A DNA stretch of 64,000 bases from Thecamonas trahens ATCC 50062 (taxonomy: Eukaryota > Protista > Apusomonadida), in contig NW_013657678.1 of assembly GCF_000142905.1 (NCBI RefSeq), forward strand, positions 496,001 through 560,000, in the 5' to 3' direction. The notes below the pieces were generated by a model. It saw only the letters and a program-made list of their open reading frames with translations, was not told where the DNA came from and made no database searches. The translations under genes and the position numbers were made by a program. Below, one piece after another: positions 33,125 through 45,466 of this stretch (positions are counted from its first letter, which is position 1; each line of letters begins with the position of its first letter).

Positions 33125-36100
33125 TCAGAAGAGGTTGGTGAGCTCGGCTAGATTTGTGTCGGAGAGGAAGGCGACAGAAGCCATGAGAACACCGCCGATG
33201 ACCTTGAGTGGCTCAAAGAAGAGAATGTCGGCAACAAGGGTGTAGAAGAAGGTGCGGAGCCATGAGTGAACAACCGGACGCGAGAACTTGAGGCCGTAGA
33301 CGATGACCAGGAGCGAGCAGCCGGCCGAGACGACGACCAGGATGACAAAGACCAGCCAACCGAACCAACCCGCGAGCTTGCCATGGCGCATGGCTTCCTC
33401 CTCCGCGGCAAGCTTGTAGTGGCGAAGGGCGACGACGCTGAGGAACTCTTCAAACTCAATGGCGCCGCTGGCGTCGGTGTCGATGACCTTGAATATGTTT
33501 TCGAGCTCTTTGGGTTCAACGATCCAGCCGCGGTGAGACATGATTACGGCGACTTCGCTGCGGTCGAGCGAGCCGTTGCCATCGAGGTCCATGCGGGCAA
33601 AATCCGAGGCGGCGAGGTTAAGGACGTTGCGCGGGAGGGCCGCAATCATCTCGTCGACGGTTGGCTTGTACGCCTTGCGGCAGAGGCAGCCACAGCGACG
33701 GGGGCCCTTGCGCTGAGCGAGCTTGGTAGCGCCGTCGTCTGACTCGGACGAGAACGACGAGCCAGCGAGGCGCTTGCGGGCAACGCCAGAGGCGACCGGG
33801 ATCCCGCGATCGCTGCCAATCGAGGATGAAAAGTCGTAGCGATTCTTGCGGACGGCCTCGGTGGTCATGAGCAAGGCGTCTGCTAGCGCGTCGTGGACGT
33901 CACGGGCTGAAAGCGAAGACGATGACGATGAGGCTGACGTGCTGGTCGAGGCCGACGACGACGAGAAACTGCCTTCCTCCTGCTCCGAGACGCTCGACGA
34001 CGACGAGGCGCGAGATTCCGAGAGCGAGAGACTCTCTGTGAAGCGGTCGGGCATGAGCGAGACGTTGTCGAACGAGTGGTGATCGCCGCCACGGCCGATG
34101 GCGTCTGCCGGCGAGGCACTCGGATTCATCCACAGCCAATGGCGCTCGCGCGGGAGGAGGCCATAGACGGTACCGGCCGAGGACTTGCGCATGAGGATGG
34201 CGGCGAGGGTGAGCGGGCCAAAGAGAACCGGCCCGATGATGACCGAGACGACGAGCTCTGTGATTCGGCCGCGGGTGCCCGAGACCGAGTCGTCGTCCTG
34301 GTCGCGGTAGAAAGCGGCAGCGACGGCCATGCCTGCAGTGAGGGTGGTGAGGAGAACGGCAGCACGGAAGACACGAGTGAAGGGATCGTCCTCGAGCTTG
34401 AGGGCCAGTGACAGCCAGAGGTGCTTGTGGACCATCGACTCTTTGAGCGTGTGCCAAAGCAGGTGCTTCTTGCCTCTGATCTTGGCGCGTTTGGCACGGA
34501 GGAAGGCCGAGAGCTTGCCGGTTCGGTCGACAAGGAGCAGCTCGCGGTCACGGATGTCGTACATGTAGAGGAACGGGAGCGCGATGAGGAAGGCGGCCCA
34601 GAGTATGACGACGACGATGAGGGCCTCGGGCTGGTCCTCGACGCTGCCGAGGCGGGCAAAGTCCGAGGCATCGAGAGTGTTGACGGCAAACGTGGTGAGA
34701 TGGTTGCAGACGCACTCTGCGTGGGAGCCGCGGACGACGGTGCCGACCTGGCACCCGGTGGTGTTCCATCCGCCCAAGGCGTCGCTCCAAAAGACGCAGG
34801 CATCTGCGCCGAGCTCTGCGCCGCTGAGCGGGATGACGATGCGGATGGGATCCGGGGCGCGGTCGACAGCAAGTTTGCCCTGAACAGCTGGGAGCGCGGC
34901 GCCGAGCGAGAGTGCAGACGCCGGGGTGGTGGCATAATCGAGCGAAATGACAGCGGCCGAGAGGGCGTCAAAGGCAACGGTGCCGTTGGGGTCGCCGACA
35001 CGGCGGCCGCCGTTAAAGGCGTACGGGTTGGAGGAAAAGGCGAGGCACTTTTCGCGGACCGAGGTGCTTGCGTCGATGCCTGTCGAGGTGAGGGCGGCGA
35101 TGGGGTGGCGACAGCGGAGCAGGCCTCGACCACGGTGACAGCGGCCTGTGGATCGCGGGTCGGCTTGCTGGCGGCGATATTAGCGACAGCAAACTGCTGA
35201 ACCTCGAGGCGAAACATCGAGTTGGAAGCGACAAGCGGGGCCATGCCGTCGACGGCGTCGGCCATGAGGGCGTCAGTCACGTCGGAGAGGAGAGCAAAAG
35301 CGGTCGCTGTGGCGGATCCGTCCGAGGAGGAGCCAGCGGCGCCGTCGGCGCGGATGATGGCAGCAAGGGCGGTCGAGACCGACGAGGCCTGGGCCTCGGA
35401 TACGCGCTTACCAACGAGGCCGGCGACGAGCTGCTGGACCATGGCAGTGGCGCGGATGGTGAGTGCTGGTGACACCTCGGCAGGCGTGCCGAGGACAAGC
35501 GAGAGAAGGGAAGCGGTCTGCGCGAGTTCGCCGACGGTGCTGTTGGTGACTCGCGAGACCGAGGAAAGGACGTTGAACAGACGGAGGCGCGAGGTCTGCG
35601 CAACCGGATCAACGGTGGCGCCCGGGGTGGGCGGCGGTCCGTTGAGGACTGCCGAGATGGAGGAGATGAGCTGGCGCGCCTGGTGGGTGTTGCCGAGGGC
35701 GATGGCGTCGGCGAGGATGCCGTCGATGAGCGAGGCAGCGGCGGCGCCTGGTGAGCCTGAGGCGACAGGGAAGGGGCGGACGCGGAGAGTGAGGCGGACG
35801 GGCGGGGCAGCACCGAAGCGGTCGTCGGAGACAATGCCGATGACCGAGACCCGAAAGTCATCTGCGGCGAGGCCAGCCTGCAGGTAGACCGAGTGCGAGG
35901 TTCCGATGGACGAGGGCACCAGGTCGACGCGGTCGCCAGAGGGAAGCTCTTGTTGGATGGCGTAGAGGACGGTGTCGTCGTCTGCGTCTGTCCAGCCTGC
36001 AAAGGTAAATGTGACGAGGGTGGCGGCGGTAGCATCGGACGAGACGTTAGTGGTGAAAGTGCCGCCTGCGGGGACAGCGTTGAGGAGTACACGCTGCGAG

Positions 36101-39084
36101 GCGATGAAAAAGTAGGGAGAGATGGCGCGGGTGCCGACAACCGTAGCCGAGCCGCGAAAGGTGGCGTGCGGGTAGGCGGCACGCCAGGCAGCATCGACAG
36201 AGCGCGAAGTGATGCGCGTTCCAGGGCTAGCACGGGCAAAGGTGCCCGACTCGCGGATGACACGGACGTAGAGACGAAAGTCGTAGTCGATCTCGGTCCG
36301 CATGCGATTTGCGCGGATGCCAAAGTTGCGCATGGTGGCTGTCGTGGTGGCGAGGGTGTCGTTGTCGGGATGGAGGTCGATGCGGCTCGCTGACTCATCC
36401 CAGAGGAACTCGAGGGTGTCGTCGGCGAGCTCGGGCAGGACCTCGGAGAGAAAGATGATGACTTCGTTGACGTTGGGCACGAGGTCGTCGTCACGCCAGA
36501 CGGCGCGGGTGCTGACAAACGGCAGGTTTGCGCGGGTGACGACGGCGGTAGTGGTTGCGGAGCGGGCACCTTGAGCAACGCGGAGAGTAATAGTCATGTC
36601 GGAGCCGAGGGGAGCGGTGAGCAAGGCAACCGGGATGGAGAGCAAAGGACTTGACCAATCAACCGAAGACGGTGCGGAGACGCACGCGCTTCCGCCTGCA
36701 GAGCACGACCACGTGTAGGTGAGGCCGCCAGCGACGGCGTCTGGATCGTAGGAAGCGGAGCCGTCAAGGTCAAGGTTAGCATTGGAGAGGATGGTCCGTG
36801 CTGCACCGCCCTTAATGTGGGCAACGAGCTGCGAGAAGCGGACCGAGACCGAGACGGTGTCAACTGACGACTTGGCAACAGCGAGGGCAGTGGTGGAGAC
36901 GTTGACCTTGAAGACGTGAGTCGATCCCGGCGGGAGCGATCCCGGTGGAAGGAGAAGGACATTGCGGGCTGGGTCAGCGACACCAGTCGCGAACGGATCG
37001 ACTGGCCCGGAGAGAGTGGACCAGGAGATGGCGACTGGGGTTGTGGCATCCGAAGGGCATGCGGCAAAGGCGACCGAGACGTCGACGGCGAGCGGAGTGC
37101 GCGAGGTTATGGCCAGGGATTTGGCGGAGAGGGCGATGAGCGGCGTGCCTGGATCCTTGACAACGGTTGTCTGTGCAGAGGACGAAACGCCGAGCCAGTC
37201 GGTTACGTTGACCTCAAAGACGTACGGCGTGGCAGTCGGCCAACCACCGACATCAATTGAGATACGCGAGGCAGGAAAGGCGGCATCGAGGGCGGCCGAG
37301 ACGACGAGGTCGACGGGCGAGACGAGGCGAAACGTAGTCTGGGTGCGGATGCCCGACGAGGTGGTGGCATCGATAGCGATGGTGCCACACGAGTCGACGG
37401 TTGGTGGCGCGATGAGGTTAGCAACGGGCTGGGCCGAGTTGGGGGCGGCCTGAAGTACGACACCGGTGGCGGCGCGGGTGGCGGCGTCGAGAACAGGAGC
37501 GGCGAAGAGGAGCATGTTGCCCGGAACGGCGGTCGGTGACGCGCCGAGGACGACGGTGAGTTTGGAGGGCGTGGCCCAGGTGCAAGCAGCCGAGGATCCG
37601 AGGATTGCGGCGTTGGAGAAGAGCGAGGAGCAGACAATGTCGGGTGAAGCGAGCGAGGCGCCAGCCAAGTTGGTGGGGCGATCCCAGGTGACGCTGACAG
37701 TGGTTCCGGTGCGCGAGAAAATGGCAGTAGGGGTGGGGTCCGGCGGCGGCGGCGGCGACGGCGGTGGCGACGGCGGCGGCGGAGGTGGCGACGGAGGCGG
37801 AGGAGGCGATGGCGGCGGCGGAGGAGGCGACGGTGGTGGAGGCGGCGGTGGCGGCGGGGGTGGCGACGGCGGCGATGGCGGCGGTGGCGGTGCGGGCGGC
37901 GACGGACAGGCCGAAATGGCGACGACCGGGGTGGTAAAGCTGTCGGCAAACGAGGTGTAGACCTTTGGCGGAGAGACGGTTGTGTCGACGTCGACGTTAG
38001 CGTAGGCTGTACCAGAGTTGGCCTCGACCAGTTCGTCGGTGCAGGAAAAGTCGACCGTGGAGCAGCGGGAGAGCCAGAGGAAGCCCGACGCGCCCTCGTT
38101 GATATACGAGACATAGAAGACGAGGTCAGCGGCATTGAGAGCGATGTTGACGTTGGAGACGGCGTTGTTTGTGGGCGAGATGTCGTAGCCGGTGCAAGAA
38201 GAAATGTTCATGTCACATACGACGACGCGGGCCTTGGACTCGGCTGAGCGAGTGTCAGTGGTGGCGACGTAGACGAGGCGACCGACCTCATCGATGGCGA
38301 TAGACGGCTCAATGCCTGACTCGTCGACGGCGCCGCCCGAGGCGTTGTGGATGGAGCACGCGCTCAGGTCGTCATTGCACTTGAAGACAAAGGCCCTGTT
38401 AGTGACGGCAAAGTTGTTCTGCACAGCGATGTAGACGGTCGAGGTGACAGAGTCATAGGCGATGGACGGCGCCAGGCCCGAGTTGATGCCCTGTGAGGCG
38501 AGCGTTGAAACGTCTACGGTGAGGTCGCACGATTGACCACCGTTGATACAGCGGTGGACATGCAGGTGGTTGCTGTTGTACTGGGCCGGGGAGGCAACAA
38601 AGACGCGGTTGTTAGCAGGATCAGCAACAACCGCCGGCCGTTTTGCCGCCTGAGCAAAGGGCTCGATCTGGACCGCGTAGCACGAAGTAAAGTTGAACGA
38701 GCACGAGAAGAGGTACATCGAGTTTGAGAAGATAACGTGTTCCATGGCGATGTAGTACCTGCCTGCAACAGGATCGATTTCGATGTGGGGATGTGTACAG
38801 GCGTCTGTCTGGGCGTCTTGAAGATGAGAGACACAGTCTGTACCGTCCTTGTTACACCTGTACACATACAGCACACTAGAGGCATCAACATGGCATGCAG
38901 CGGTAAAGAGGTAATCATCACCAGCTGCCACTCGCGACATGGGCGTTGCCCCGCATGCACCAGTCTGATCAGCTGCAACAGAGACCGAAGAAGAAGAACA
39001 CTGCCCGAGCGAAAGAGGCACGAGGCTGGCCAGCACAAGGACAATTGGTACCACGGCCATGTAGAGGAGGGGGCGTGCCCACAT
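33125..39084 (-). CDS. polycystin-1-like receptor: signal peptide, Cys-rich propeller-like repeats, Ser-Pro linker, REJ, GAIN/GPS, 5 TM with cytoplasmic EF-hand pair; ~1986 aa; 1-nt frameshift at 35102-35105
   Basis: REJ (LVAHIKGG...LDGSASYDPD...YTWSC; NAVPAGGTF...FAGWTD). GPS CVFW...WNTTGC...CVCNHLTTF. PC1 motifs HLWLS, FTRVFR, YGLKF, WL...EPLK. EF loops DLDGNGSLDRSE and DTDASGAIEFEE. Confidence 0.85.
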
Positions 39085-39136
39085 GGTCTGGTAGCGAGAT
39101 GGGTGTAGTGGCGTGTGTGTGGTGGGGGTGGGGGGG

Positions 39137-39236
39137 NNNNNNNNNNNNNNNNNNNNNNNNNNNNNNNNNNNNNNNNNNNNNNNNNNNNNNNNNNNNNNNN
39201 NNNNNNNNNNNNNNNNNNNNNNNNNNNNNNNNNNNN
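39137..39236. other. assembly gap (100 N)
   Basis: N run. Confidence 1.
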
Positions 39237-39701
39237 TTTTGTTTTTTTTTATTTACTCTTACTCTTCTGCTCGTACGTCCGCCTCTAATACTTCAATTTC
39301 TTTTTTTTAATAATTCACAACTTACTCTCTTTTCCCCCCGTGCCCTCCACACAAGGACCTTATTCTGTCTTTTTCCCCTTACAAAATTAATTCTGATATC
39401 CTCACTTTAGACCCAGACCCTCTTACCGCAACCTCCAACCTATTTTAAAATTGGGGGGGGGGGGGGGGGGGGGGAGGGGGAGGTGGCGCGAGACCTTTGC
39501 TAATATAGCGGACTGACAAAGCTTCTTGTTTGTCATTGGGGATGTCACGGTGGTGCGCGATGGAGGCTGTGTGGCTTGGTTGGCCGGCTCATCTCAAGCT
39601 TCAGCCATGTGAGACGCCGATCGGTCGGCGCGGGGTGAGCTGTGTGTGTTGTTCACTTTTTCGACGGGCGACAACGCGTCCGAGCGACTACAATGGGGAT
39701 A

Positions 39702-42700
39702 CTACTCGATGTGGAGCTCGCGAACATCGTCGGCAACGAGCTGGGACCACTTGAGTGAGGCGTCGATGTCGAGCTCGTTGAGGCGCGAGTCGACGTAGTA
39801 GGACGAGTTTGCCGAGGCGAGGGTCTGCTTGGAGAGGCCTGGGAAGAGTGAGGTGAGGCGGTCGTACAGGGCGTCAAAGGAGGAGAGATCCGAGATGAGG
39901 ACGCGCTTGCCGCGCTTGACGCCCGGGACAAAGACTGAGACCATGCGCTCAGTGGAGGAGGGGTTGGGGGCGGCGGCGGCGGCGGCGGGGCGACGAATGG
40001 ATGAGAGGCCGGCGGACTCGCGGACGGCGCGCTCGCGCTCGAGAAAGGCGCGGACGTTGTGCAGAAGGACCGAGCCAAGAGCGTCGGAAGAGTCAAAGTC
40101 GGAGATGCGGAGCGAGGCGACGTCACCGATGCCCGAGAGTGGGACGGAGCGAGGAAGGGCATGGCGGAGAGCCTTGAGCAGGGCGGGTCCATGGACGAGG
40201 CCTCGAGTGGGACTGAGGAGGTGGCGAGGTCCGGAGCGAGCATGTGGGCGTCGCGCGGAACGAGGAGCTTGACGCGCTTGCGCGGCCCGGGCTTGTTGGG
40301 TGGGGCGGGCTCTCCATGGTCGGCGGCAAGCGACTTGGCATACGTCCGCTTCTTGCCGATGCTCGAGGCGACGGGTGAGGGCGGGTCAGGAAGGGCGGGG
40401 TGTGCGGCGGTGAGGTCGACGGGGGTGGTTGTCTCCATCCGCTGGATGTCCGAGGTGGTGCGGTCGAGCTTGGAGTAGGTGACCGGGATGTCGGAGAGAG
40501 CGGGCGAGGACTTGCGGTGGAGCTTGGGCGGCGATGGCGAGTTGATGGGCGAGGCCGAGGCCTTGCGGGCCGAGTTCAGCTTGCGCGCAGCCTCGATCGA
40601 GTTGCGGACGCGCGACGAGGGCGTGGTGCGGGCGAGCGGGCGGGTGGAGGCGGCGGCGGTGGCGGCGACAGGGCTCCGGTGAAGCATCGAGCCAGGGAAG
40701 CGGGCGACGGAGCTCGGCGATGCAAAGCGCGGCGAGAGGAGGGTTGCGCGTGTCCGCGGCGGAGTAAAGGCCGGAACGGGTGCGGCCGACGAGGGGGTAG
40801 CACCAAAGACTGGCGACGGCGAGGGAGCGGCAAAGGTCGAGTCGGAGCGGCCGAGGGGCGGCGGGGAGGAGGCCGAGGCGTTGGCGGCCTGCCGGACGGC
40901 GAGGCGGGCCTTGGCACGGGCGGCCTTGGGCGGCGAGCGCAGAGCGGTCGGATCGACGAGCTGCAACGGCGTCGCGCCCTCGGCTTCGAGCTGGTTGCAG
41001 AGGGCACGGAGGATGGGCCGGAGGCCGACGGGAACGACAAGCGGAGGTCCGCCCGGGGCGGCCTTGCCAAAGGTGGCGTTCCAGAGCGAAACAAACTGGT
41101 TTCGGATGGTGGTCGATCCGGACATGAGGCAACCCTGGAAGAGCGGGGCGAGAAAGGCGAGGAGGTCCGAGTCGTAGGGCGCGACGCGCGGTGGAGCGAG
41201 GGCGTCAAGGACGGTGGCGATCCAGTTGACGAGGACGGCACCGAGCGAGGTGCCGGGCGAGCCGCGGACCGAGGTGACCTTGGCGCGGAGGAGCGACTTT
41301 GGCGCGGCGAGCATGTCGACCATCGGGGCCGCAAACTTGTCGACAAAGATGAGGGTGACGTGGCGCGAGGCGACAAGCGCAGCGCGCGAGAACTCACGGA
41401 GGGAGTCGACGTGGGCGACAAGGCGCGGGAGGGCGCCGTCGGCGGCGGCAGTCGCCAGCTCGATGAGATCGCGAAGGACGACGTGAGCAAGCTCGAGGAG
41501 CTCGAGCCACGCCGACGAGAGCGGGAAGCCCGAGCCCGGGCGCGTGTCTTCGTCGGACGAGCGGGTGCGGGCGAGCGTCGGGGCCAGGCCCGGCGCAGAC
41601 GGGCGGGCGAGCGGAGCGCCGGGAGCGGCCAGGCCGCGCGAGCGAGACTTTGTCGGGAGGACAAAGGCAAAGTGCTGAAGGGCGGCGGCGAGGGCCGGGA
41701 GAAGGAGATCGAGGGCCGGAAGCGGGATGTGGACAGGTGGCGGTGGTGAGTCCGGAGGAGACGCGTGCGCGGCGGCGACGTACGAGCGGAGCGCGTCCAT
41801 GGCGGCGGTTGTAAAGGCGTGGATGGAGCGGTTGGGCGTTGCCGGGAAGCGGAGCGCCACCAGGCGAGCCGAGGTCTCCATGAGCGCGGACCAGGGCTTG
41901 ATGAGCTGGGGCGCGAGCTGAGGCGGGTCAGCGACGAGGTAGAAGCGAAGTGGGGCGGCGAGGACGGAGCCGATGAGCTCGGCGGCGTCAGTGGTGAGGT
42001 GGGCGAGGGCCGAGGTTGTGGTAGCCGACGTGACGTCGCCGTTGAGGTGGGCGGTGAGGCGCCCGGCGAGAGTGGCCCACAGATCAAGAGCAAGATCAGC
42101 CGAGAGGTCGGCGAGAGTGGCCAGCAGATGGGCGGCCGACTCGAGGGCGAGAACGCCCTGCAAGGCAATGTCGACAAGGCTCGCGTAGAGAGGGAGGAAC
42201 GGTTGCGGCTGGGCGTGGCGCAGGCGGCAGGCGGCGTCAGCGAGGCGAAGGATGGGGAGGTCATCGTGCGGGGTGAGCTTGAAGAAGACCGACGAGAGGA
42301 CTTCGGGGCCGAGCTCGGACGCGAGGGCGACGAGCAGTGCGGCACGGGAGGGGGTCGGCCAGTCCGGATTGGACGTGGCGAGCAGATCGACAGAGGCCGA
42401 GACCAGAGCGTTGACAGCGCGAACGTGCGAGCGCGGCGGGCGGACGGCGGCGGCGCCGTGGAGGCGAACCCTGCGGGCGAGGTGTGTCCAGGCAGCGGCG
42501 AGGGTGTCGAGGGTGGCGGCGCGCACAGCGAGGCCAAAGAGCTGGCTCAAGAGCGGAAAGACGGCAGGGATAGCATGCTCCGGCAAGTCGATGGCCGGAA
42601 AAGATTGGTGCGAGTCGAGCGAGGTGACCGGGAGAGCCGGCGGCGGAGCAGTGAGCGTGGTCCAGGACGATGGCGGGGTTGCCGGGGCCGGCACGTCGGC

Positions 42701-44208
42701 CGGTGGGAGTGGGGCGAGGATGGCGCAAAAGATGTGTGCGAGGAGGTCCAGCTCGTCCGGTGACGGTGACGAGGCGATGAGGGCGGCGATGACGGGATGG
42801 AAGAGCTTGAGGGTGGCGGCGGCGGCCACTGGGGCGTAGAGGGCCAGCAGCGCGGCCAGGGCCGACGAGGCCGCGGCGCGGACAGGCGCAGACACCGGAT
42901 GGGTGTAGACGTCGAGCATGGGCTTGAGGAAGAGCGCAGCGTGGGCCGGCTTGGTGATGCGGAACTTGGACTCGGGATCGGAGGCGTGCGAGAAGAGGAC
43001 GGCCGCGAGCTGGCACCAAGGCACAAACGACGAGGCGCGGACGGCCGGGTCGGACGCGCGGAAAGTGGCCTCGGGGAGCTTGAGCAGTGCGTTGAGAAGT
43101 GACGGCTGACGGACAAGCGCGTCGCCGAGGACACGGACAAGGAGGATCCAAGCGTCGAGCGCGAGGTAGGCAACGTCTGAATCGCCGAGCCGGGCCTTGG
43201 GCCTGAGGAGGGCGCCCGGGTGGACGGCCTCGTCGTTGGCAATGGCGGTGAGGACGGTGTCGAGGAGCTTGGAGCGCGACGACGAGGAGGAGGACGAGAG
43301 CGAGGAGGCAGAGTAGAGCGGCCAGGCGGCACGAAGAGTGGCCGAGGCCTTGGCGACCAGCGGGCGAAGGTTGTCTGCGCGGAGGTCCCAGACCACCAGG
43401 CCGGTGCATAGACACGGCCACCAGGCCGGAAGGTTGAGCAAGACAGGCGAGAGATGGCATTGTTCGTCAGCGGCATGCGGCGGATCAAGGAGGCGCGAGA
43501 CAAGCTGGAGCATCATGTCGAGGACTGCATCTGTGACCGAGACCGAGTTTGCTACAAGGAACGTGTCCGAGTCGAGGAGAGCAGCAGCGTGGGCAAAGAT
43601 GCGCGGAGCGAGACGGAGGGTGATAGCGGTGGGGAAGCAGGCGACAGACCAGACCCAAGCCGAGAGCTGTATGAGCTTCTTGGACGAAGCTGCCAGGAGC
43701 AAGTCAACAAGACAGTCTGCGAGGAGAGCAAGTGCACTGGACTCTGCCTTGGCCATCAAGGAAGTGGTCGAGGTGAAGAGGCCGGCGACGCGGAGGAGCG
43801 GAGGGAGTCTGTGGTGGGCAAAGAGTAGAATCTACTGGTGAGCGGGCGCAAGGATAGCGGTGGCAACGGCATGACCTGAGGGGGTACGAAAGGTGGAGAA
43901 AGTGGGATGGGGGGGTAGAGGATGTTGCGTGGAGCAGTACAAGGTGGGTGGGAAGGATGTGGGATAACGTCTTCACCGTAGGGGGTGAGAAGAGGAGGAA
44001 AAGGTCGTCAAGGACACAGCAGCAGCAGCGACACGTACACCTCCGACTCGGCAAGGTCAAGGTGGCTACAGAGGGCGTCAAGCCAGCCATTCACATCAGA
44101 GAACAGGTGCTCCAAAGACGTTGATGGCTGTTGTGCATGTTGGAACACTTTTGTGTATCCTGCTGCTCGTCCAGAAGCAGACGTCGCCGCCACAATACTC
44201 GACAGCAT
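39702..44208 (-). CDS. RIF1: Rif1-like telomere/replication-timing protein, ~1425 aa; intron 43809-44038, frameshift near 40199-40202
   Basis: HEAT-like N-domain (AWILLVRVLG...LNALLKLPEATF; LAPLFQGCL...IRNQFVSLWNATFGK), disordered S/T-P middle, CTD-like LAPDLATSSVPLE...GIGDVASL after a one-base repair. GTACGT donor at 44038. Confidence 0.75.
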
Positions 44209-44551
44209 AGCCAGCGACGGCCAGAGAAAGGCGTTGCCGTCTGCAGCTGGCAGCCACCGGCCACGCCATTCACAGAAAGTGGCCTCCGGGAGGGGGGGGG
44301 GGAAGGGGGGATTCTGCACAAATTTTGTTTAATTTTGGGGTGGGGGGGGGGGAACGGCTGAATGGCGCGCGCGGTTTTGGGAGTCAACAGCACAGTGTCA
44401 AGGAGAGGTGGAAGGGGGATGAAGGGAGGGCAGAGCAGGGAGGTTGGGTGTGGGGTGGGGGAAGGGAAAGACACTTGACTTCTCGAGAAAGAGAGAGAGA
44501 GAGAGAGCAAGAGACCGAGGGGAGATAGAGAGCGCGAGTGAGAGATTGATC

Positions 44552-45286
44552 ATGAGCATGATGCGGCGGCTGAGCGGACTCGAGTCGTCGACAAAGGGGC
44601 CGAGGATGTCGCTCTCAGTGTCTGGCTGGCGACAGGGCGATGTGGAGGATTGGAACGTGGAAGATGTGAAGGATGCGTTGGAAGGGCTGCAGGTTCGTGT
44701 GGAGGCCAAGGAGGCCGCGCTGCGGACGGCGGAGATTGTGCTGCGGGCGACCAAGAAGGAGGTCGAGGCTGTTGACGCCCAGGCTGTGGTGGAGGCGCGC
44801 AAGGCGGCGGCAGTTGATGCAGCCGAGCTTCGGGCATGTGGCGAGCTGCTCGAGTCGATCAAGGCGGACCAGGCACGCCTGGATACAGCGCGCGAGGTGG
44901 CGGCGCAGGATGCAGCGGCGCAGGCCGAGGCCGACGCGACGATGGCGCAGATGTCGGCACAGCGCGATCGTCTGCGGGCGCGGGTGGCCGAGCTCGAGCT
45001 CAAGGCGCGGATTGCCGAGGAGCAAGCAGCACAGCTTGCGGCGTCGATCGAGGCCGAGTACGCCGAGCAGGTCAAGGCGCGCGAGCTCGACGGGCCGGCG
45101 GCGTCGTGTGTGGCGCTTGAGAGCGAGGCCACCACGCTCTGCTCGGAGATCGAGGCTGTGCGGCGGCACGTAGGGACGCTCATTGATCGCAACGGCGGGA
45201 CGGACGAGATGTACCCGATTCCGCTTCCTGCACCGTCGCAGTATGACGCCGACATGCGCGCACTTGGCGATGCGCTTTGGGGATGA
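44552..45286 (+). CDS. hypothetical coiled-coil protein
   Basis: Coding-like ORF with an A/E-rich heptad pattern; no family recognised. Confidence 0.6.
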   Translation: MSMMRRLSGLESSTKGPRMSLSVSGWRQGDVEDWNVEDVKDALEGLQVRVEAKEAALRTAEIVLRATKKEVEAVDAQAVVEARKAAAVDAAELRACGELLESIKADQARLDTAREVAAQDAAAQAEADATMAQMSAQRDRLRARVAELELKARIAEEQAAQLAASIEAEYAEQVKARELDGPAASCVALESEATTLCSEIEAVRRHVGTLIDRNGGTDEMYPIPLPAPSQYDADMRALGDALWG

Positions 45287-45466
45287 GTAATTGAAAATGT
45301 AACATAGCTGATGAGGAGGGGCGGGAGGGAGGGAGGGAGGGAAGGGTATGGGTGAGCGTTTGGGCTTGGGTGATGGCAGGGGGGGGGAGAGAGAGGGAGG
45401 GACAGAGGGGGTGGGGCAGGCCGGTTGTTCGGCCACTCGTCGCACGTCACCCCTCACGCACCAGCA

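Noticed and set aside
32721-33125. 134-aa ORF directly downstream of the PKD-like gene as a continuation
   Set aside because: No TM or channel features; it looks like 3' UTR or intergenic sequence.
39237-39480. AT-rich island
   Set aside because: Gap-adjacent and probably low-quality sequence; no ORF or element hallmarks.
40386-43503. Many long overlapping and antisense ORFs here and throughout the window
   Set aside because: Stop-poor shadow frames of GC-rich genes, with Arg/Pro/Ser-rich composition and no motifs.
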